This document shows positions 1-9,970 of a stretch of DNA of 64,000 nucleotides, piece by piece. Source of the stretch: Terriglobia bacterium. GTDB lineage: Bacteria; Acidobacteriota; Polarisedimenticolia; Polarisedimenticolales; JAIQFR01. The stretch is taken from NCBI GenBank assembly GCA_963748015.1, contig CAVVHE010000004.1, positions 576,001 to 640,000 of the forward strand, read 5' to 3'. Both the position numbers and the translations under genes were made by a program. The first letter of the stretch is position 1. Each line of letters starts with the position of its first letter. A model generated the notes under the pieces. That model saw only the letters and a list, made by a program, of their open reading frames with translations. It had not been told where the DNA came from and did no database searches.

Positions 1-2
1 GA

Positions 3-605
3 GCGGGCTACCTTTCCTTCGTCGCACCCGGGCTCGTCGCGGTCGGGGTCGCGCTCCGGGCCGCTCGCGAGACGCTCTTCGGCTCGTTCTCCAGGATTCG
101 GAACGAGGGGACGATCGAGGCGATGCTGGCGACCCCGCTCTCCGTCGAGGACGTGGTGGCCGGCGAGATCCTGTGGGGGACGACCCAGTCGCTCGTGACC
201 GCGGGCGCGATGCTCGGAGCGAGCTGGCTGTGCGGGGCGGGCGTCTGGCCGTCGTCCTGGTGGGCGGTCGCGGTCTCGGCGCTCTGCGGCTTCGTCTTCG
301 CGAGCGCCGGCATGTGCTTCGCGGCTGCTTGCCCGACCACCGACTCCCTCGGCGTGCCCATGTTCCTCGTCGTGCTCCCGATGTGCCTCTTCTCCGGGAC
401 CTTCTTCCCGCTGGACGCTCTGCCCGTCTGGGCGGCCCGCCTCGCGTGGGCGCTTCCGCTGACCCACGCCGCTTCCCTCATGCGCGCCGTCATGCTGGAC
501 CGGCCGCCGTCGCACCTCGTCGGGAGCCTCGCCTTCCTCGGCGGCGCATCCGTGCTCCTCTTCGTCGCGGCGCTCGCGCTGATGCGGCGCCGCCTCGTGC
601 GGTGA
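3..605 (+). CDS. ABC-2 type transporter permease (NodJ-like), 5'-truncated by window edge
   Basis: Frame is open from position 3 (AGYLSFVAPGL...GTIEAMLATPLS); hydrophobic helices; FSGTFFPLDALP and LPLTHA motifs typical of ABC-2 permeases. Confidence 0.85.
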   Translation, partial: AGYLSFVAPGLVAVGVALRAARETLFGSFSRIRNEGTIEAMLATPLSVEDVVAGEILWGTTQSLVTAGAMLGASWLCGAGVWPSSWWAVAVSALCGFVFASAGMCFAAACPTTDSLGVPMFLVVLPMCLFSGTFFPLDALPVWAARLAWALPLTHAASLMRAVMLDRPPSHLVGSLAFLGGASVLLFVAALALMRRRLVR

Positions 606-609
606 TCCG

Positions 610-1335
610 GTGGGGCGGTTGTTCGCTCTCGCGGACCTGCACCTCTCGCTCACCGGCGCGAAGCCGATGGACGTGTTCTCCGAGGCGTGGCGGGATCATG
701 CGCGCCGCATCGCCGCGGCGTGGGACCGCGTGGTGGAGGCCGGCGACACGATGCTCCTGCCGGGGGACATCTCGTGGGCGGAGGATCTCGTCGAGGCGGC
801 GCCGGACCTCGAGTGGATCGGCGCACGGCCGGGGCGGAAGATCCTGCTCCGCGGGAACCACGACTCGTGGTGGGGAAGCGCGGCGAAGGTGCGCGCGGCG
901 CTCCCCGCGGGTTGCGAGATCCTCCAGAACGACGCGCACCTCGCGGGGGACCGGGTGATTCTCGGCGCGCGAGGCTGGACCTCCCCGGACGACCCGGTGG
1001 CGAACGAGAGCGACGCCGCGATCTTCCGGCGCGAGCTGGAGCGGCTGAGGCTCTCGGTGAGGGACGCCGACCGGCGCTTCGGACGAACGCTCCCGCGCGT
1101 CGCGATGCTGCACTATCCCCCCTGGATCGTGAGGAGGGATCCCACCGAAGTGGTCGGCATCCTCCGGGACGCCGGGGTCACCGACTGCGTGTACGGCCAC
1201 CTGCACGACGTGGACGTCGCGCTCGGGGTAACCGGCGAGCGCGACGGGATCCGGTATCACCTGGTTTCCGCCGATGCCGCGGGTTTTGCCCCCGTCCGGA
1301 TTCCCGGTCCGGGAGAGGCCGAGGAGGTGCTTTGA
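610..1335 (+). CDS. Calcineurin-like metallophosphoesterase
   Basis: Motifs ADLHL, GDISW, RGNHD, MLHYPP, YGHLH in the expected order. Confidence 0.9.
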   Translation: MGRLFALADLHLSLTGAKPMDVFSEAWRDHARRIAAAWDRVVEAGDTMLLPGDISWAEDLVEAAPDLEWIGARPGRKILLRGNHDSWWGSAAKVRAALPAGCEILQNDAHLAGDRVILGARGWTSPDDPVANESDAAIFRRELERLRLSVRDADRRFGRTLPRVAMLHYPPWIVRRDPTEVVGILRDAGVTDCVYGHLHDVDVALGVTGERDGIRYHLVSADAAGFAPVRIPGPGEAEEVL

Positions 1336-1922
1336 GCTCGAATTCCGGCGTCGCGCGCGCGGGAGCCTACGCCTGTCCGGCGGCCGCCCGGCGGCTGTCG
1401 TGGGTCCTGGCGGCCGCGCTCGTCGCAGCCTCGGCAATCCTCGCGGCCCGCATCGACCCGGCGGGCCGGCTTCCGAACTCCGCCGTCATGAAAGGACTCC
1501 TGGTCGCCGCCGCGGCGGTCTTGGGCGCGAGGATCGCCCTGAGCCTCTCGGAGCTCCGCCTCACGGCTCGTGTTCGGGAACGCGACGTGCTGCTCGAGCT
1601 TCGCGGCCGGATGGCCGCGCTCGCCTGGGAGGACATCGAGCGGGTCGACTGGGATCCGCCGTTCCGCCACTACTCGCGCTGGTCCCCCGCGCTCGTTCTC
1701 GTGGACCGCCGGGGGCGGAGGTTTCGCATCCCGGCCCTGGTGACGGGTGGAGATCGGCTCGTCGCCGATCTCCTCGAGGCCGCGGGGCGGTCGGATCTCT
1801 CGAACCAGGCGGCGGCGCAGAGCCTCGCGAAGCGGATGGCCCGCTCGAGACGGTGGACGGCCGCGGCGTACGCAGCGGCCGCTTGCGCGATGGTGGCCGC
1901 CGCCGTGGCTCCGCTGCGCTGA
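1332..1922 (+). CDS. Hypothetical membrane protein (possible bacterial PH-like domain)
   Basis: TTG start overlapping the upstream stop with GAGGAGG RBS; two N-terminal TM helices, an LAWEDIERV segment and a C-terminal TM helix. Confidence 0.55.
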   Translation: MSSNSGVARAGAYACPAAARRLSWVLAAALVAASAILAARIDPAGRLPNSAVMKGLLVAAAAVLGARIALSLSELRLTARVRERDVLLELRGRMAALAWEDIERVDWDPPFRHYSRWSPALVLVDRRGRRFRIPALVTGGDRLVADLLEAAGRSDLSNQAAAQSLAKRMARSRRWTAAAYAAAACAMVAAAVAPLR

Positions 1923-1969
1923 CGAGCGGATTTCGCCTCGGAAGAAAGCGGAACGGGCGACGAGCCATC

Positions 1970-1975
1970 TATAAT
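1970..1975 (+). promoter_or_regulatory. Sigma70-type -10 box (TATAAT), probably driving a leaderless transcript
   Basis: Perfect TATAAT in a GC-rich context, 6 nt before the ATG at 1982, with no SD sequence. Confidence 0.5.
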
Positions 1976-1981
1976 GGGCCG

Positions 1982-3784
1982 ATGAAGAGGATTCCACCTC
2001 CCAGGCACCCCCAGCGAGACCGCGGGTATCCCTCACCGCCGCCTCGCGTCCATCGTCCCGCTCCCGCGACGGTCACGCCGCCTCCCGAGGGGCTGCGGGG
2101 AATCCTCCGCGTCGTGGACGGGTTGTCGTACGCCGCGTACAAGCGCATCCTCGGCAGGCACGTGGTCGGCGAGTTCGAGGTCGTGGTGGACCGCATTCCT
2201 CCCGACCCGTACGCGGGGCAGGCTCGCGTACGCCTCGTCTGCGACCGGGCGAAGGCGCACCTTCCTCCCGAGCTCGTCTCGAGCCGGTCGCGGAGGATCG
2301 GGACGGAAGACTATGTCGCGCGCGGCGCCGCCGACGCCCTGGAGAGCCAGGTGCGCAGGGGAGGCAACGCGCCGCCGGGCACCGGCCGTATCTCGCTGGA
2401 GCCGATCGGGCCGGCGATGCTCGAGCGCGGCTCGTGCAGGATCACCGCGAGCTCGATCGAGTTGCGGCTCTTGGTGGACCTTCCCGCGGCGGGACGCAGG
2501 GTGAGGGGACTCGAGGCAGAGGAGTTGTTCTTCACCGACCTTCAGCGGCTCGCCACCGCGGCCGTGCTGTTCCCGGCGAGGCGCGCCGAGGAAGCCGCCC
2601 GCCATGCGGATGCGGCGGAGGACCACGAAGCGTTGCAGGCGGAGATCGCCTCTCGCGGTCTCGTGGCGTTCGTCGCCGACGGAAGCGTGCTTCCGCGGGC
2701 GGGAGGCGAGGACGCCGGGCCTCGGCGGGACGGGCGAGAGGTGCCGTTCGAGTCTCCGGAATCGCTAGCGGTCACCCTCCGCCTGCCGCACGCGGGAATG
2801 GTCCGCGGCATGGGGATCCCAGCCGGCGTCACCGTGATCGTGGGAGGGGGCTTCCACGGCAAGAGCACGCTTCTCGACGCGATCGTGTCCGGGGTCCATC
2901 CGCACCGGCCCGGAGACGGCCGCGAGCTCGTCGCCACCTGTTCGGAGGCCGTCGCGGTGAGGTCCGAAAACGGACGGTCGGTGCGCAGAGTGGACATCTC
3001 CGCGTTCCTCGCGGAGCTTCCCTCGGGGGAGGCGGCGGCGGACTTCTCGGCCGAGCGGGCCAGCGGGAGCACCTCGCTCGCCGCGTCGATCGTCGAAGCG
3101 CTCGAGATCGGCGCGCGAGTCCTGCTCGTGGACGAGGACACCTCGGCGACCAATTTCCTGATCCGGGACGGGCGGATGCAGCGCCTCGTCCCGCGGCCCC
3201 TCGAACCGATCGTGCCGTACCTCGACCGGGTGAAGGAAGTGCACCGGCGCTTCGGCGTCTCCACGCTCCTCGTCACGGGCGGCTCGGGCGACTACCTCGA
3301 GGCGGCGGACACCGTGATCCTCATGCGCGGATACCGGGCGGAGGACGCGACCGACCGCGCCCGCGAGGTGGTATCGGCCACGCGCTCGGTGCGAATCGCC
3401 GAAGCGGTCCCCGCGATGCGCCCGCCGGTGGCGCGCCAACCCTCCGTCAGCCTGCCGGAGGGGCCTCCGCCGCGCTTGGGGCTGCGCGGCCCCCGCGGGC
3501 TGAGGATCGGCGACGAGACGGTGGATCTCGTGGCGGTGGAGCCGATCGAGGAGACGGGGCAGGTCCGGGCACTGGCCTTCTTGTTGCGGGAGGCCGCGAG
3601 GCGCATGGAGGCCGGGAAGGACCTGGCGTCTCTCGTCCGGGAGATCGACGGGTGGCTCGACGAGGAAGGGCTCGACGCGCTCGATCCGCCGGCTGCCTAC
3701 GATCTCTCGCGACCGCGCCGCTTCGAGATCGCCGGAGCGATCAACCGCTGGCGCCCGGTCGCCTTCCGCCCTGCCGGCCGCTGA
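1982..3784 (+). CDS. Predicted ATPase of the ABC class (ABC_ATPase family P-loop protein)
   Basis: GVTVIVGGGFHGKST Walker A, LLVDEDTSATNF Walker B, VAFVADGSVLPR, ASGSTS and PRRFEIAGAINR family motifs. Confidence 0.88.
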   Translation: MKRIPPPRHPQRDRGYPSPPPRVHRPAPATVTPPPEGLRGILRVVDGLSYAAYKRILGRHVVGEFEVVVDRIPPDPYAGQARVRLVCDRAKAHLPPELVSSRSRRIGTEDYVARGAADALESQVRRGGNAPPGTGRISLEPIGPAMLERGSCRITASSIELRLLVDLPAAGRRVRGLEAEELFFTDLQRLATAAVLFPARRAEEAARHADAAEDHEALQAEIASRGLVAFVADGSVLPRAGGEDAGPRRDGREVPFESPESLAVTLRLPHAGMVRGMGIPAGVTVIVGGGFHGKSTLLDAIVSGVHPHRPGDGRELVATCSEAVAVRSENGRSVRRVDISAFLAELPSGEAAADFSAERASGSTSLAASIVEALEIGARVLLVDEDTSATNFLIRDGRMQRLVPRPLEPIVPYLDRVKEVHRRFGVSTLLVTGGSGDYLEAADTVILMRGYRAEDATDRAREVVSATRSVRIAEAVPAMRPPVARQPSVSLPEGPPPRLGLRGPRGLRIGDETVDLVAVEPIEETGQVRALAFLLREAARRMEAGKDLASLVREIDGWLDEEGLDALDPPAAYDLSRPRRFEIAGAINRWRPVAFRPAGR

Positions 3785-5628
3785 TTCGCCGCGCGGCGTT
3801 CCGGCCGCGGAGCCTCGTCCACCATCTCCTCGAGCCGATCGAGGTTGGACTGGATCGCGCGGGACACCGCCTCGTAGGGTTCTGCGGTCTCGAGGTCCAC
3901 CCCCGCCCGGCGCAGGAGCACGAGCGGGTCGTCCGAGCCCCCGGAGCGGAGGAACGCGAGGTAGCGCTCGCGCGCCCCGTCCCGGCCCGACAGGACCGCC
4001 TCCGCCAGGCAGATCGCGGCGACGATCCCGGTCGCGTACTGGTAGACGTAGAAGCCGTAGTGGAAGTGCGGAATCGCCGCCCACTCGATCCCGCACGCCG
4101 CTTCGATGTCCGTGACGCCCTCGTCGTGGCCGTGGGTGCGGCGCAACAGCGACAGGTAATCGGCGGTCAACCCGCGTCCGGTCAGCGCCTCGCCTCGCTC
4201 CACCTTCTCGTGGATGTCGAGCTCGAACTCGGCGAACATCGCCTGCCGGAAGAAGGTGGCCCGGAGGTCGTCGAGCCATCGGGCCGTGAGGAACATCCGC
4301 TCGGCCCGCCCGCGCGAGCGCCGCAGCAGGTCGTGGTGCAGGAGGATCTCGTTGAACGTGGAAGCGACCTCCGCGACGAAGATGGAGTAGTCCGCGGCGG
4401 GGTAGGGCTGAGAGCGGTTGCTGAACGAGGAATGAAGGGCATGCCCCAATTCGTGGGCGAGCGTCGAGACGCTCTCGAAGTCCCCGTTGAAATTGAGGAG
4501 GACGTACGGGTGGACGTCGTACGCGGAGCCGTTGGCGTACGCCCCCGCGCGCTTTCCGGGCGAGGGGAGCCAGTCGATCCATCGCGCGGAGAGGGCCTCG
4601 TCGAGGACGGAGAGGTACTCGCTTCCGAGAGGCTCGAGCGCGCGGCGCACGGCGGCGCGGGCTCCGGCGGGAGTGCGGGAGCCCGGGGCGGAGGCGGCGA
4701 GGGGACAGTGAAGGTCGTGGTAGGCGAGACGCGGCAGGCCGAGGGCCCGCGCGCGGAGGCGGAAGTAGCGGTGGAGGAGCGGAAGCATCCCGTGGGATCG
4801 CTCCACCAGATTCCGGTACACGCTCGGCGGAATCGCGTCCTCGTCGAGCGATGCGGCCAAGCTCGACGGGTAGCTCCTCGCCCTCGCCCTGAAGACGTGC
4901 TGCTTGACGGTCTCGAAGAGGTTCTGTCCGAAGGTCGCCTCGAATCCGAGGTAGGCGCCGAGATAGCGCCGCAGCACCGTCCGCCGGTCCCGGCGAACGG
5001 TCGTGGCGCGGTGCCGGGCGTACTCGGCGGGGGTCAGTTGCACGCGCTCGCCCGTCGATAGGCGGATGCGGGGCCGGGGCAGGTCGGCGTTGTGAAGCAG
5101 CCCGAAGATCGCGCCGGGGCCGCCGGCCAGGAGCGCGGCCTCCGCGAGGATCTCCTCCTCCCTCGGACCGAGCAGGTGTTCCCTCCGGCGAAGGACCGTT
5201 CGCACCGCGTGCGCATGGGGTGCCAGGGCCGCATCCTCCCCAAGGAAGGCCTCCACGCGCCCCGGGGGGGCGGCGACGATTTCAGGGGCGACGTAGGCCG
5301 CGCGGGCCGCGAGGGCGGGAAACAGCAGTTCCGTCTCCTCGCGGAGCGCGTGACGGGCCGGCACGCGCACGTCCTCGTCCGCCTTCATGGACGCGTAAGC
5401 GTGGATCCTGCGCAACCTTTTCGATGCGTCCGCGACCGCATCGAGGGCCGCGGCGAGGGTGGAGCCCGATTCGGTCAGCATCCCCCGAAAGCGGCCGATC
5501 GAGGGGAGCTGGCTCTCGAGGGTCGCCTTCGCCACGCCGAGCGCCCGATCGTCGGGAAACAGAGGAGAAAGGTCCCACTTTTCCCTGCGAGGGCGCGGAG
5601 CCGGCTTTTTTCGGTGCGAGCGAGCCAA
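3697..5628 (-). CDS. pepF: Oligoendopeptidase F (M3B family)
   Basis: N-terminal KWDLSPLF, GKRAGAY, HPYVLLN, HELGHALHS zinc motif, FVAEVAS, HFHYGFYVYQYATG; TTG start with GAGGT RBS. Confidence 0.92.
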   Translation of the reverse strand: MARSHRKKPAPRPRREKWDLSPLFPDDRALGVAKATLESQLPSIGRFRGMLTESGSTLAAALDAVADASKRLRRIHAYASMKADEDVRVPARHALREETELLFPALAARAAYVAPEIVAAPPGRVEAFLGEDAALAPHAHAVRTVLRRREHLLGPREEEILAEAALLAGGPGAIFGLLHNADLPRPRIRLSTGERVQLTPAEYARHRATTVRRDRRTVLRRYLGAYLGFEATFGQNLFETVKQHVFRARARSYPSSLAASLDEDAIPPSVYRNLVERSHGMLPLLHRYFRLRARALGLPRLAYHDLHCPLAASAPGSRTPAGARAAVRRALEPLGSEYLSVLDEALSARWIDWLPSPGKRAGAYANGSAYDVHPYVLLNFNGDFESVSTLAHELGHALHSSFSNRSQPYPAADYSIFVAEVASTFNEILLHHDLLRRSRGRAERMFLTARWLDDLRATFFRQAMFAEFELDIHEKVERGEALTGRGLTADYLSLLRRTHGHDEGVTDIEAACGIEWAAIPHFHYGFYVYQYATGIVAAICLAEAVLSGRDGARERYLAFLRSGGSDDPLVLLRRAGVDLETAEPYEAVSRAIQSNLDRLEEMVDEAPRPERRAANQRPAGRKATGRQRLIAPAISKRRGRERS

Positions 5629-5658
5629 ATCGTTACCTCGACAAGCGTTGTTACGAAA

Positions 5659-5745
5659 TGGTGCCGGAGGTGGGAGTCGAACCCACACGCCCGCAAGGGG
5701 CGGGGGATTTTGAGTCCCCTGCGTCTGCCATTCCGCCACTCCGGC
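5659..5745 (-). tRNA. tRNA-Leu (anticodon CAA)
   Basis: GCCGGAGTGGCGGAATGGCAGACGC...GGGGA-CTCAAAA-TCCCC anticodon arm, long variable arm, GGTTCGACTCC T-loop, encoded CCA end. Confidence 0.97.
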
Positions 5746-5756
5746 GGCGATCGGGG

Positions 5757-5786
5757 AGCGTAGCGCCGCATCTTTCGACGTGTCAA
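5757..5786 (-). promoter_or_regulatory. Sigma70 promoter for tRNA-Leu/pepF
   Basis: TTGACA-N18-TACGCT on the minus strand just upstream of the tRNA. Confidence 0.55.
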
Positions 5787-5849
5787 GGGGGAAACGGCCG
5801 TCGCTGCGCCCTTCCCGGGGCCCCGGAGGACCGCAACCTGTTTTAAACA

Positions 5850-5878
5850 TTGCAACTTCGACCAATTTGCGATACCAT
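5850..5878 (+). promoter_or_regulatory. Sigma70 promoter for carD
   Basis: TTGCAA-N17-TACCAT in an AT-rich patch. Confidence 0.5.
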
Positions 5879-5950
5879 TAAGGGTAGGCGGGGAGGTATA
5901 CGCCTTTCCGTCGTCCCGTACCTGCACGCGGGTGCGAGAGGGAGGCACGC

Positions 5951-6466
5951 TTGGATTTCAAGGTCGGCGACAAGGTCGTCTATCCCAACCACGGCGTGGG
6001 CGTCATCGAGCAGGTCACCAGCAAATCCGTGGGCGACATGGTTGCGGCGTTCTACCGCCTGCGGATCATCTCCACCGACAGCACGGTGATGGTACCGGTC
6101 GGCAACACGACCGCCGTCGGTCTTCGCAAGGTCCTGACCCGGCGAGAGGTCACGCGTGTCCTCGGCGTTCTCAAGAACGGCGAGGTCGCGACCTACGACG
6201 ACTGGAAGGGGCGATTCCAGGCCAATTCGGAAAAGATGCGAACGGGGGACATCCTCGCGGTCGCCGAGGTCCTGAAGAGCCTCTCCGTGTTGAGCGAGGT
6301 CAAGCCCTTGTCCTACCGGGAACGGAAGATGCTCGACCGCGCGCGGTTCCTGCTGGTTTCCGAGCTGGCGGAGGCCTCCAACAAGGGGCCCACGGAGGTC
6401 GAGGGGCAGATCGACTCGGCGCTCTCCGAGTGCATCAAGGGCGCGAAGGGGAAGCTGGAGCACTGA
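5951..6466 (+). CDS. carD: CarD family transcriptional regulator
   Basis: FKVGDKVVYPNHGVG N-terminus, W-x-x-RF (WKGRF), LSYRERKML; TTG start with GGAGG RBS. Confidence 0.93.
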   Translation: MDFKVGDKVVYPNHGVGVIEQVTSKSVGDMVAAFYRLRIISTDSTVMVPVGNTTAVGLRKVLTRREVTRVLGVLKNGEVATYDDWKGRFQANSEKMRTGDILAVAEVLKSLSVLSEVKPLSYRERKMLDRARFLLVSELAEASNKGPTEVEGQIDSALSECIKGAKGKLEH

Positions 6467-6489
6467 CCCCGCTTCACCCGTTTCCTTTC

Positions 6490-6523
6490 CGGCGGCCCGG
6501 CCTCGTGCCGGGCCGTCGTGTTT
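6490..6523 (+). terminator. GC-rich hairpin after carD, possible intrinsic terminator
   Basis: CGGCGGCCCGGC-CTCGT-GCCGGGCCGTCG followed by TGTTT. Confidence 0.4.
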
Positions 6524-6563
6524 GGGATTCACGTCCGCGCGCCCCGGCCTGTATCCTTCCGGC

Positions 6564-8324
6564 ATGGACAACCTCGTACTGATCCGGGCCGCGGCGGCGA
6601 TCGCGCCCGCGGTGCAAGGGACCGTCCTTCGGGACATCCTGGAGGACTCCCCGCAGCGCTTTCGCCTGGTCTTCGAAGGGGACGGGCGAGCGGCCACGTT
6701 CGTGATCTCCCTCGATCCGGTCCTCCCCTGGATCGGCCGGCCAGCCCTTCGCTGGGAAGGAGCGCGTCGAACGCCGGGCTCGTTCGCGGGCCGGGCGGAG
6801 CGGTCCCTCGTGGGACTTCGGGTGAGGGCGTTCCGCAAGCCCGGAGCGGACCGCGTCGTCATCCTAGAGCTCGCCGACGGCCAGGCGCTCGTGGCGGAGC
6901 TCGCGACCCACGGAGCCAACCTCGTTCACGTGGACGCCGACGGAAACGTCGTGGGCTCGGCCCGGCATCCCCGCAGGGCGCAGGACCGCATCGCCGCAGG
7001 CCGGCCGTACCTGCCTCCGGCCCTACCGGCGGGCCGCCTCGTCCCGTTCGGAGCGACCGCCGATGCCCTGGACGCTGTCCTTCGCGGCGCGATCGGTTCG
7101 GGCGAGGAGCCGCTCGAAGCGCTCCGCAGGAGGATCTTCGGCGTGGGCACCGCCGGGGCACAGCTCGTGCTGGACGAGAGCTTGCGGGCGGGACGGTCGC
7201 TGGGGGGGGTCCTCTTCTCGCGGCTGGCGCGGCTCGAGGCGGGAGAGCTGGACCCGGTCGTGGCGGGGCCGGAGGATCCGCTCGCCGACGCAGCCGCCGG
7301 ACGGCTCGACACGGAGGGGATCCGGCTACTCCCGTGGGATCCTCCCGAGCCGCCGGCGGGCTGCACGCTGACCCGCGGGCCGGACGCGGCCGCCACGGCC
7401 GGGATTTACCATGACGCCATCGAGAAGGCCCGGCGTGTCGCCGCACGGACGGACGCGCTACGGGGGATCCTCAAGGGGGAGGTGCGCCGCCTCTGGGACG
7501 CCGAACGCCGGCTGGCGAGCGACATCGAACGCCTCGGCGATCCCGGGACGCTCCGCCGCTTCGGCGAGGCGCTGCTGGCGGGCCTTCACGGCGCGCGACG
7601 CGTCGGCGACCGGGCATGGGTGTCGAATCCCTACGATCCCGAAGGCGGAGAGATCGCGGTTCCCGCGCCGGCGGATCGAACGCTCCAGGCAGCGGCGGAC
7701 GAGCACTTCCTGCGGGCTCGAAAGGTCGAGCGCGGGCTCGAGATCGCCCGCGGCAGGCGTGAGGGCATCGGGCGCAGACTCGAGAGACTCGAGATCCTCG
7801 AGGCGGAGGCCGAGTCCGCGAGAGGCGACGAGGCGGCCGAGAAGGTCGAGGCGGCACTTCGAAAGGAGGGAATCGCCGTCGGCCTGGGGCCGTCCACTCG
7901 AGCCGGCCGTGCGGTCGCCCGGCGCGAGCCGCCACGGGTCGAAGGGGTTCGCCTCATCACGAGCACCGACGGCCTGACCATCTTGATCGGGAAGACCGGG
8001 CGGGACAACGATCGCCTGACGTTCAAGCTGGCCGGGCCCGAGGACTACTGGTTCCACGCGGCAGGAGTTCCGGGGGCCCACGTCGTGGTCCGGAGCGCGG
8101 CTCGGGGCGGACCTCTTCCGCGGGCGACCGTCGTGGAGGCCGCGACCGTCGCCGCGTGGTTCAGCGACGCGCGCAGCTCGGGCCAGGTGGACGTCCAGTG
8201 GACGCGGCGGAAACATGTCCGGCGCCTGAGAGGGGCGCCCCCGGGAACCGTCACCCTCAAGCGGTTCGAGACCATCCGCGTGCGGCCGGCCCCCCCGGCC
8301 GGCACGGAGGGCGAGGCTCGGTGA
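6564..8324 (+). CDS. rqcH: NFACT family ribosome quality control protein (Rqc2/RqcH)
   Basis: NFACT-N motif DRVV...LVAELATHGANL, coiled coil, C-terminal NFACT-R (IGKTGRDNDRLT, WFHAAGVPGAHV, AAWFS). Confidence 0.85.
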   Translation: MDNLVLIRAAAAIAPAVQGTVLRDILEDSPQRFRLVFEGDGRAATFVISLDPVLPWIGRPALRWEGARRTPGSFAGRAERSLVGLRVRAFRKPGADRVVILELADGQALVAELATHGANLVHVDADGNVVGSARHPRRAQDRIAAGRPYLPPALPAGRLVPFGATADALDAVLRGAIGSGEEPLEALRRRIFGVGTAGAQLVLDESLRAGRSLGGVLFSRLARLEAGELDPVVAGPEDPLADAAAGRLDTEGIRLLPWDPPEPPAGCTLTRGPDAAATAGIYHDAIEKARRVAARTDALRGILKGEVRRLWDAERRLASDIERLGDPGTLRRFGEALLAGLHGARRVGDRAWVSNPYDPEGGEIAVPAPADRTLQAAADEHFLRARKVERGLEIARGRREGIGRRLERLEILEAEAESARGDEAAEKVEAALRKEGIAVGLGPSTRAGRAVARREPPRVEGVRLITSTDGLTILIGKTGRDNDRLTFKLAGPEDYWFHAAGVPGAHVVVRSAARGGPLPRATVVEAATVAAWFSDARSSGQVDVQWTRRKHVRRLRGAPPGTVTLKRFETIRVRPAPPAGTEGEAR

Positions 8325-8441
8325 GGCCGCCCGGCCGCTCGGGTGGACCCGAATAGAGCGCAGATCGCTCCCTCCCGGTGGAACTTGCCGCCTCCGGGCG
8401 CGGGGATGGCCGGAACCGGCCTCAAGTTGCCCCGTTTTCTG

Positions 8442-8470
8442 TTGACCTTGCGCTTCGAACGGCCTACATT
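8442..8470 (+). promoter_or_regulatory. Sigma70 promoter for the flippase-nrdR-hsp20-lon operon
   Basis: TTGACC-N17-TACATT, ending 8 nt before the ATG at 8479. Confidence 0.65.
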
Positions 8471-8478
8471 CGGCGCCC

Positions 8479-9510
8479 ATGAGGGAAGTCCCGAAGTACC
8501 TGGGTGGCGCGGCACTTGCCGCGCTGCTTCTGTGGTTCGTCTTGAGGGGGGTGGACCGGACGGCTCTCCTCGCGGCGATCGGCCGGGCCTCGGTCGTGGG
8601 GCTCCTGGCGGGGGCGGCCGTGAACCTCGCCCACAACGTGTTCCGCGTGTGGAGATGGGGCGCGCTCCTGGCCCCCGTCAAGCCCGGACTCAGGTTCCGA
8701 CCGATGTTCGGGGCCGTCATCGTCGGGTATCTCACGACCTGGGTGTTGCCGGGCCGGCTGGGGGAGTTGGTCCGTCCCGCCTTGCTCACCGCGCGCGAGG
8801 GAGTGCCGATCGGGCCTTCCCTCGGATCCATCGTGGCCGACCGCGTACTCGACGGCGCCGCGATTCTCATCCTCTTCATGACCGGAACGTACCTGTCTCC
8901 GATCGAGGGGAGCGCGGCGCAGAAGCTCCGGTCGGCGGCGTTCGTCCTTCTCGTCCTCGTGCTGCTCTTCATGGCCGGCGCGGTCGTTGCGGGGGGCATG
9001 CGCGCAAGGCTCGAAAGCTGGTTCGATCGCCGGGGACGGTTCGTCCGGTGGAGCGGCCGGGCGTTCCTTTCCCTGGCGTCGGGGACCGAGGCCTTGAGGC
9101 GCCCGCGTCTCCTGGCCCTCGTTCTGGGGTACAGCCTGCTCGCGTGGCTGACCATCGCGGCAGGCGCGTGGCTCGGGGTGCGCGCCTCGGGCGCGGACGT
9201 CTCGCTCGCCGCGATGATGGTGATGCTACCGCTCCTGGCGTTCGGCGTCGCGGTGCCGACGCCGGGAGGCGCCGGCGGATACCACGCGGCGATGGCGTTC
9301 GGCCTCCAGATGCTCTACGGCGTGCCGGCGGACGTCGCGGTCGCGGCGGGGATCCTCATGCACCTGGCGGTGGTGCTCCCCGTGATCGTCCTGGGGCTCG
9401 TCCTGCTCAGGACCGAGCGGATCTCCTGGGCGGACGTGATGGCCGCGGCGCGCGGCGTGCGCGGTCTCGGCCGCGAAGGCGGGCCGAGTGCTTTGGAGGG
9501 AAGCGCATGA
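8479..9510 (+). CDS. Lysylphosphatidylglycerol synthase TM-domain / flippase-like protein (UPF0104)
   Basis: [22 protein letters not shown] and PTPGGAG motifs; multiple TM helices. Confidence 0.85.
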   Translation: MREVPKYLGGAALAALLLWFVLRGVDRTALLAAIGRASVVGLLAGAAVNLAHNVFRVWRWGALLAPVKPGLRFRPMFGAVIVGYLTTWVLPGRLGELVRPALLTAREGVPIGPSLGSIVADRVLDGAAILILFMTGTYLSPIEGSAAQKLRSAAFVLLVLVLLFMAGAVVAGGMRARLESWFDRRGRFVRWSGRAFLSLASGTEALRRPRLLALVLGYSLLAWLTIAAGAWLGVRASGADVSLAAMMVMLPLLAFGVAVPTPGGAGGYHAAMAFGLQMLYGVPADVAVAAGILMHLAVVLPVIVLGLVLLRTERISWADVMAAARGVRGLGREGGPSALEGSA

Positions 9511-9962
9511 GGTGCCCGTTCTGTGGCCACCAGAAGGACAAGGTCGTGGACTCGCGCGAGACCGGCTCGGGCGACGCCATTCGCAGGCGCCGCGAGTGCC
9601 TCGAGTGCGGGCGCCGCTTCACGTCGTACGAGCGGGTCGAGGAGATCCCGTTCCTCGTGATCAAGAAGGACGGGCGGCGCGAGCCGTTCGACCGCCGCAA
9701 GCTGCTTGCCGGGCTGCACCGAGCTTGCGAGAAGCGGCCGATACCCGCGAAGGCCCTCGACGGCATCGCCGACGAGGTCGAGCAGATGGTCCAGGACAGC
9801 CCCGACCGCGAGGTCGAGGCGGGGGTGATCGGCGAGAAGGTGATGGCCTGTCTCAAGGAACTCGACAAGGTCGCGTACGTGCGCTTCGCGTCGGTCTATC
9901 GCCAGTTCGAGGACGTGCAGGAGTTCATGGCCGAGTTGAAGGACCTGCTGGAGCGGAGGTAA
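9507..9962 (+). CDS. nrdR: Transcriptional repressor NrdR
   Basis: MRCPFCG...VVDSR...[18 protein letters not shown] zinc ribbon; ATP cone; [11 protein letters not shown]. Confidence 0.97.
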   Translation: MRCPFCGHQKDKVVDSRETGSGDAIRRRRECLECGRRFTSYERVEEIPFLVIKKDGRREPFDRRKLLAGLHRACEKRPIPAKALDGIADEVEQMVQDSPDREVEAGVIGEKVMACLKELDKVAYVRFASVYRQFEDVQEFMAELKDLLERR

Positions 9963-9970
9963 TCGTCGTC

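Noticed and set aside
5659..5745. tRNA-Leu as an island integration site
   Set aside because: Flanked by housekeeping genes; no integrase or duplicated 3' end noticed
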